DNA from: Oculatellaceae cyanobacterium bins.114
Lineage (GTDB): Bacteria > Cyanobacteriota > Cyanobacteriia > Elainellales > Elainellaceae
Length of the DNA: 22,139 bases
NCBI GenBank assembly: GCA_033764315.1
Contig: JANRJA010000101.1
Span: forward strand, 1 to 22,139
Direction: 5' to 3'
This document shows positions 19,481 through 22,139 of this stretch, in pieces. The translations under genes were made by a program, and so were the position numbers. The number at the start of each line of letters is the position of its first letter. Within the stretch, counting starts at the first letter, position 1. The notes beneath the pieces are model-generated. The model was not told the DNA's origin. It saw nothing but the letters and a program-made list of their open reading frames with translations, and made no database searches.

Positions 19481-21957
19481 CAAACGACAGTAGCAGCAAC
19501 TCAGCACACCTCCGTGACGAGTTGGCTGCCCTGAAAGCTCAAGTAGAAATGTTGCAACAATCGAATGAGTTGTTTAAAGGCATTTTAGAAAGCAGTCACG
19601 ACTGCGTTGCGGCCATCGATTTAGACTATCGCTTGATTGCTTTTAACCGGGCTTACAAACTGGAGTTTGAGTCACGATTTGACAGTGTAATTGAGTTGGG
19701 CACCAGCCTGGTCGAAGTCCTCGCGCAGCAACCCTATCCCACATTAGAGTGGTGGCAACATGCCCTTCAGGGTGAAGAATTCACGGTGATTCAAGAGATT
19801 CAAGGCAACCCTTCAGAGCCACACCGAGCCAATCACCCCCCTCTCAACTATTACGAAACCACCTTTAGCCCGATCTACAATCAGCACAATCACATTATTG
19901 GCGCGTTGCATCGTGCCCGTGACATTAGCCTGCGCAAACAAACTGAAGCTGCTCTCAAAAAAACTCGAAACGAACTCGAAATGCGGGTGGCAGAACGAAC
20001 CGCAGAGCTGGTCAATGTCAACCGCCAATTGCAGTCAGAGTTGGACGATCGCACTCATATTGAAACCGCTCTCCGTGAATCACAAGCGCGATTTGCAGGC
20101 ATCTTAGAGATCGCCAGTGATGCCATCATTGCAGTCGATGCCCATCAACGGATTACGCTGTTTAACCAAGGGGCCGAAAAGATTTTTGGGTATCCTGCTT
20201 CAGAGGCATTGGGGCAAACTCTCGACCTGCTCTTGCCCGATCGCTTTGCTCAGGCTCACCGACACCATGTCACTCAGTTTGGTCAAGCCCCTCACCAAGC
20301 TCGCCGCATGGGTGAGCGCAGCGAAATCTATGGGCGACGACGCGATGGCAGCGAGTTTCCGGCAGAGGCATCGATCTCAAAATTGCAACTCGGTAGCGAA
20401 ACTGTTTTTACTGTGATCTTGCGTGATGTGAGCGATCGCAAGCAAGTTGAAAATGAACGCCGACAAGCAGAGCAAGCGTTAGAGCGAGTCAGCCGTCAAA
20501 ATGAACTGATCTTGAACTCAGTGGGCGAGGGGTTGTGTGGCTTAGATGTGCAAGGCAACATTACCTTTGCTAATCCAGCCGCAGCCCGATTATTGGGCTA
20601 TCGCATTCAAGAGCTGCAAGCACAGCCGATTCACCTCATCCTGCCTCGCACTGCAACCGACAACACCGCCGCTGTGTTCTCAAACTCCCGCATCTATGCA
20701 GCCTTGCAAACAGGCTCAGTCGATCATGTAACCGATGAAGTGTTTCAGCGGCGCGATGGCACAACCTTTCCAGTGGAATATATCAGCACCCCGATTCGTG
20801 AGCAGGGACAGATCATTGGCGCAGTCGTGACCTTTCGAGACATTAGCGATCGCCGGGTGGTCGAGCGCATGAAAGATGAGTTTATCTCCGTGGTCAGCCA
20901 CGAATTGCGAACTCCACTGACCTCAATCCACGGCTCACTTGGCATGCTTGCCAGTGGGTTGCTTCCGGCTGACTCTGATAAAGGCAAACGCCTCTTGCAA
21001 ATTGCGGTAGATAGCACCAATCGGCTGGTGCGCCTGATCAACGATATTCTCGATATCGAGCGCATTGAGTCTGGCAAAGTGACGATGGAAAAAGCAACCT
21101 GCAACGTGGCTGATCTGATGCAGGAGTCAGTCAATGTAGTGCAGGCGATCGCCGATAAATTTGAGGTCAGCCTTCAGGTCACTCCTCTAACTGCCCAAAT
21201 TTGGGCAGACTCCGATCGGATCATTCAGACTCTCACCAACCTGCTCAGCAACGCCATCAAATTCTCCCATCAGGGAAATACGGTTTGGTTAACGGCTGAG
21301 GCATCCGGAGAAGAGATTTTGCTAGCGGTCAAAGATCGGGGGCGGGGTATTCCTGCTGACAAGCTCGACACCATTTTTGAGCGGTTTCAACAGGTCGATG
21401 CCTCAGACTCTCGCAACCATGATGGCACGGGGTTGGGTCTAGCCATTTGCCGCAGCATCGTCCAACAACACGCCGGACGCATCTGGGTTGAAAGTGTATT
21501 GGGCGAAGGCAGCACCTTTTATGTAGCACTGCCCCTATTAGAAAACAACGCCCAAAGCAATGCGATCGCCACTGAGCCGACCTCTGATAGCCCCCTTGTC
21601 TTGATCTGTGATGACGATGAAGGCACTCGTAGCGTTCTTAAACAACAGCTAGAACACCGGGGTTATCAAACTTTGACCACTCACTCTGGCCAAGAAGCTA
21701 TTGAGCAGGCGATCGCCCATCACCCCAATGTCATCATCCTCGACCTGCTTATGCCCGGTATCAACGGCTGGGAGGTGATCAACACGTTAAAAAATCGCAG
21801 CGATACACAAGCCATTCCCATTATCATTTGCAGCATTTCCTCCCCCTCCCAAAGCAATTACCCCTCCCAAGGATTTATTAGTTGGGTCAGCAAACCGATT
21901 GACGAAGTGTCGCTATTTCAATCCTTACGGCAAGCCTTGATGCAGGGAAGGGAATAG
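19477..21957 (+). CDS. Cytoplasmic hybrid sensor kinase: PAS x3-HisKA-HATPase-REC
   Basis: Three PAS/PAC units; SHELRTPL H-box, NLLSNAIKF, DRGRGI, GTGLGL; C-terminal ICDDD...ILDLLMP...SKP. ATGA overlap with the upstream regulator. Confidence 0.92.
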   Translation: MTNDSSSNSAHLRDELAALKAQVEMLQQSNELFKGILESSHDCVAAIDLDYRLIAFNRAYKLEFESRFDSVIELGTSLVEVLAQQPYPTLEWWQHALQGEEFTVIQEIQGNPSEPHRANHPPLNYYETTFSPIYNQHNHIIGALHRARDISLRKQTEAALKKTRNELEMRVAERTAELVNVNRQLQSELDDRTHIETALRESQARFAGILEIASDAIIAVDAHQRITLFNQGAEKIFGYPASEALGQTLDLLLPDRFAQAHRHHVTQFGQAPHQARRMGERSEIYGRRRDGSEFPAEASISKLQLGSETVFTVILRDVSDRKQVENERRQAEQALERVSRQNELILNSVGEGLCGLDVQGNITFANPAAARLLGYRIQELQAQPIHLILPRTATDNTAAVFSNSRIYAALQTGSVDHVTDEVFQRRDGTTFPVEYISTPIREQGQIIGAVVTFRDISDRRVVERMKDEFISVVSHELRTPLTSIHGSLGMLASGLLPADSDKGKRLLQIAVDSTNRLVRLINDILDIERIESGKVTMEKATCNVADLMQESVNVVQAIADKFEVSLQVTPLTAQIWADSDRIIQTLTNLLSNAIKFSHQGNTVWLTAEASGEEILLAVKDRGRGIPADKLDTIFERFQQVDASDSRNHDGTGLGLAICRSIVQQHAGRIWVESVLGEGSTFYVALPLLENNAQSNAIATEPTSDSPLVLICDDDEGTRSVLKQQLEHRGYQTLTTHSGQEAIEQAIAHHPNVIILDLLMPGINGWEVINTLKNRSDTQAIPIIICSISSPSQSNYPSQGFISWVSKPIDEVSLFQSLRQALMQGRE

Positions 21958-21984
21958 AGCCGTTTCCTCTTCTCCTCTACCCTG

Positions 21985-22048
21985 CTATAGCAATCCCAAA
22001 TTGGTATTACAACTCCCTAATCTCACAAATGATTTAGGACTGCTATAG
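21985..22048. repeat. Family A element, complete 64-bp copy lacking the central hairpin
   Basis: ctatagcaatcccaaat ... atttaggactgctatag. Confidence 0.85.
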
Positions 22049-22139
22049 CAATCCCATATGGGTTGTGAGAGGCGCCCCCCCCGGGGGGGGGGCCCACCCA
22101 AACCCCCCCAAACACAAAACGTTTAGGACAGCGAAAAAT
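22043..22139. repeat. Family A element, tandem copy sharing CTATAG with the previous copy; distal part probably low-quality sequence
   Basis: ctatagcaatcccatatgggttgtgagaggcgc, then C/G homopolymers with residual cacaaa and tttaggac. Confidence 0.7.

Noticed and set aside
22076..22139. C/G homopolymer runs as a G-quadruplex or phase-variable tract
   Set aside because: Reads as a garbled version of family A (residual cacaaa, tttaggac) at the sequence end; most likely low-quality base calls after a hairpin.

Overview
Chromosomal segment of a cyanobacterium. About 35 HIP1 GCGATCGC sites were counted by eye, and the atpD-atpC pair stands apart from the other atp genes. Gene order: small stress-type cluster (glycine-zipper general stress protein, BON protein, proline-repeat ORF), ABA4-like protein, TauE/TSUP exporter, fdhD, a divergently arranged polar amino-acid ABC transporter, atpC/atpD, two tandem PEP-CTERM surface proteins with Pro/Thr stalks, miaB-ddl-pepP, a PPC+CAP protein, and an RcaC-like multi-domain response regulator coupled to a PAS hybrid kinase. 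The least-explained signal is non-coding: at least three families of roughly 60-150 bp MITE/REPIN-like elements with nested inverted repeats. They occur as tandem, chimeric and core-swapped copies, and both window ends fall inside the hairpin of the same family. No transposase, CRISPR array, rRNA, tRNA or recognisable riboswitch was seen. All calls come from reading motifs by eye; no searches were run.
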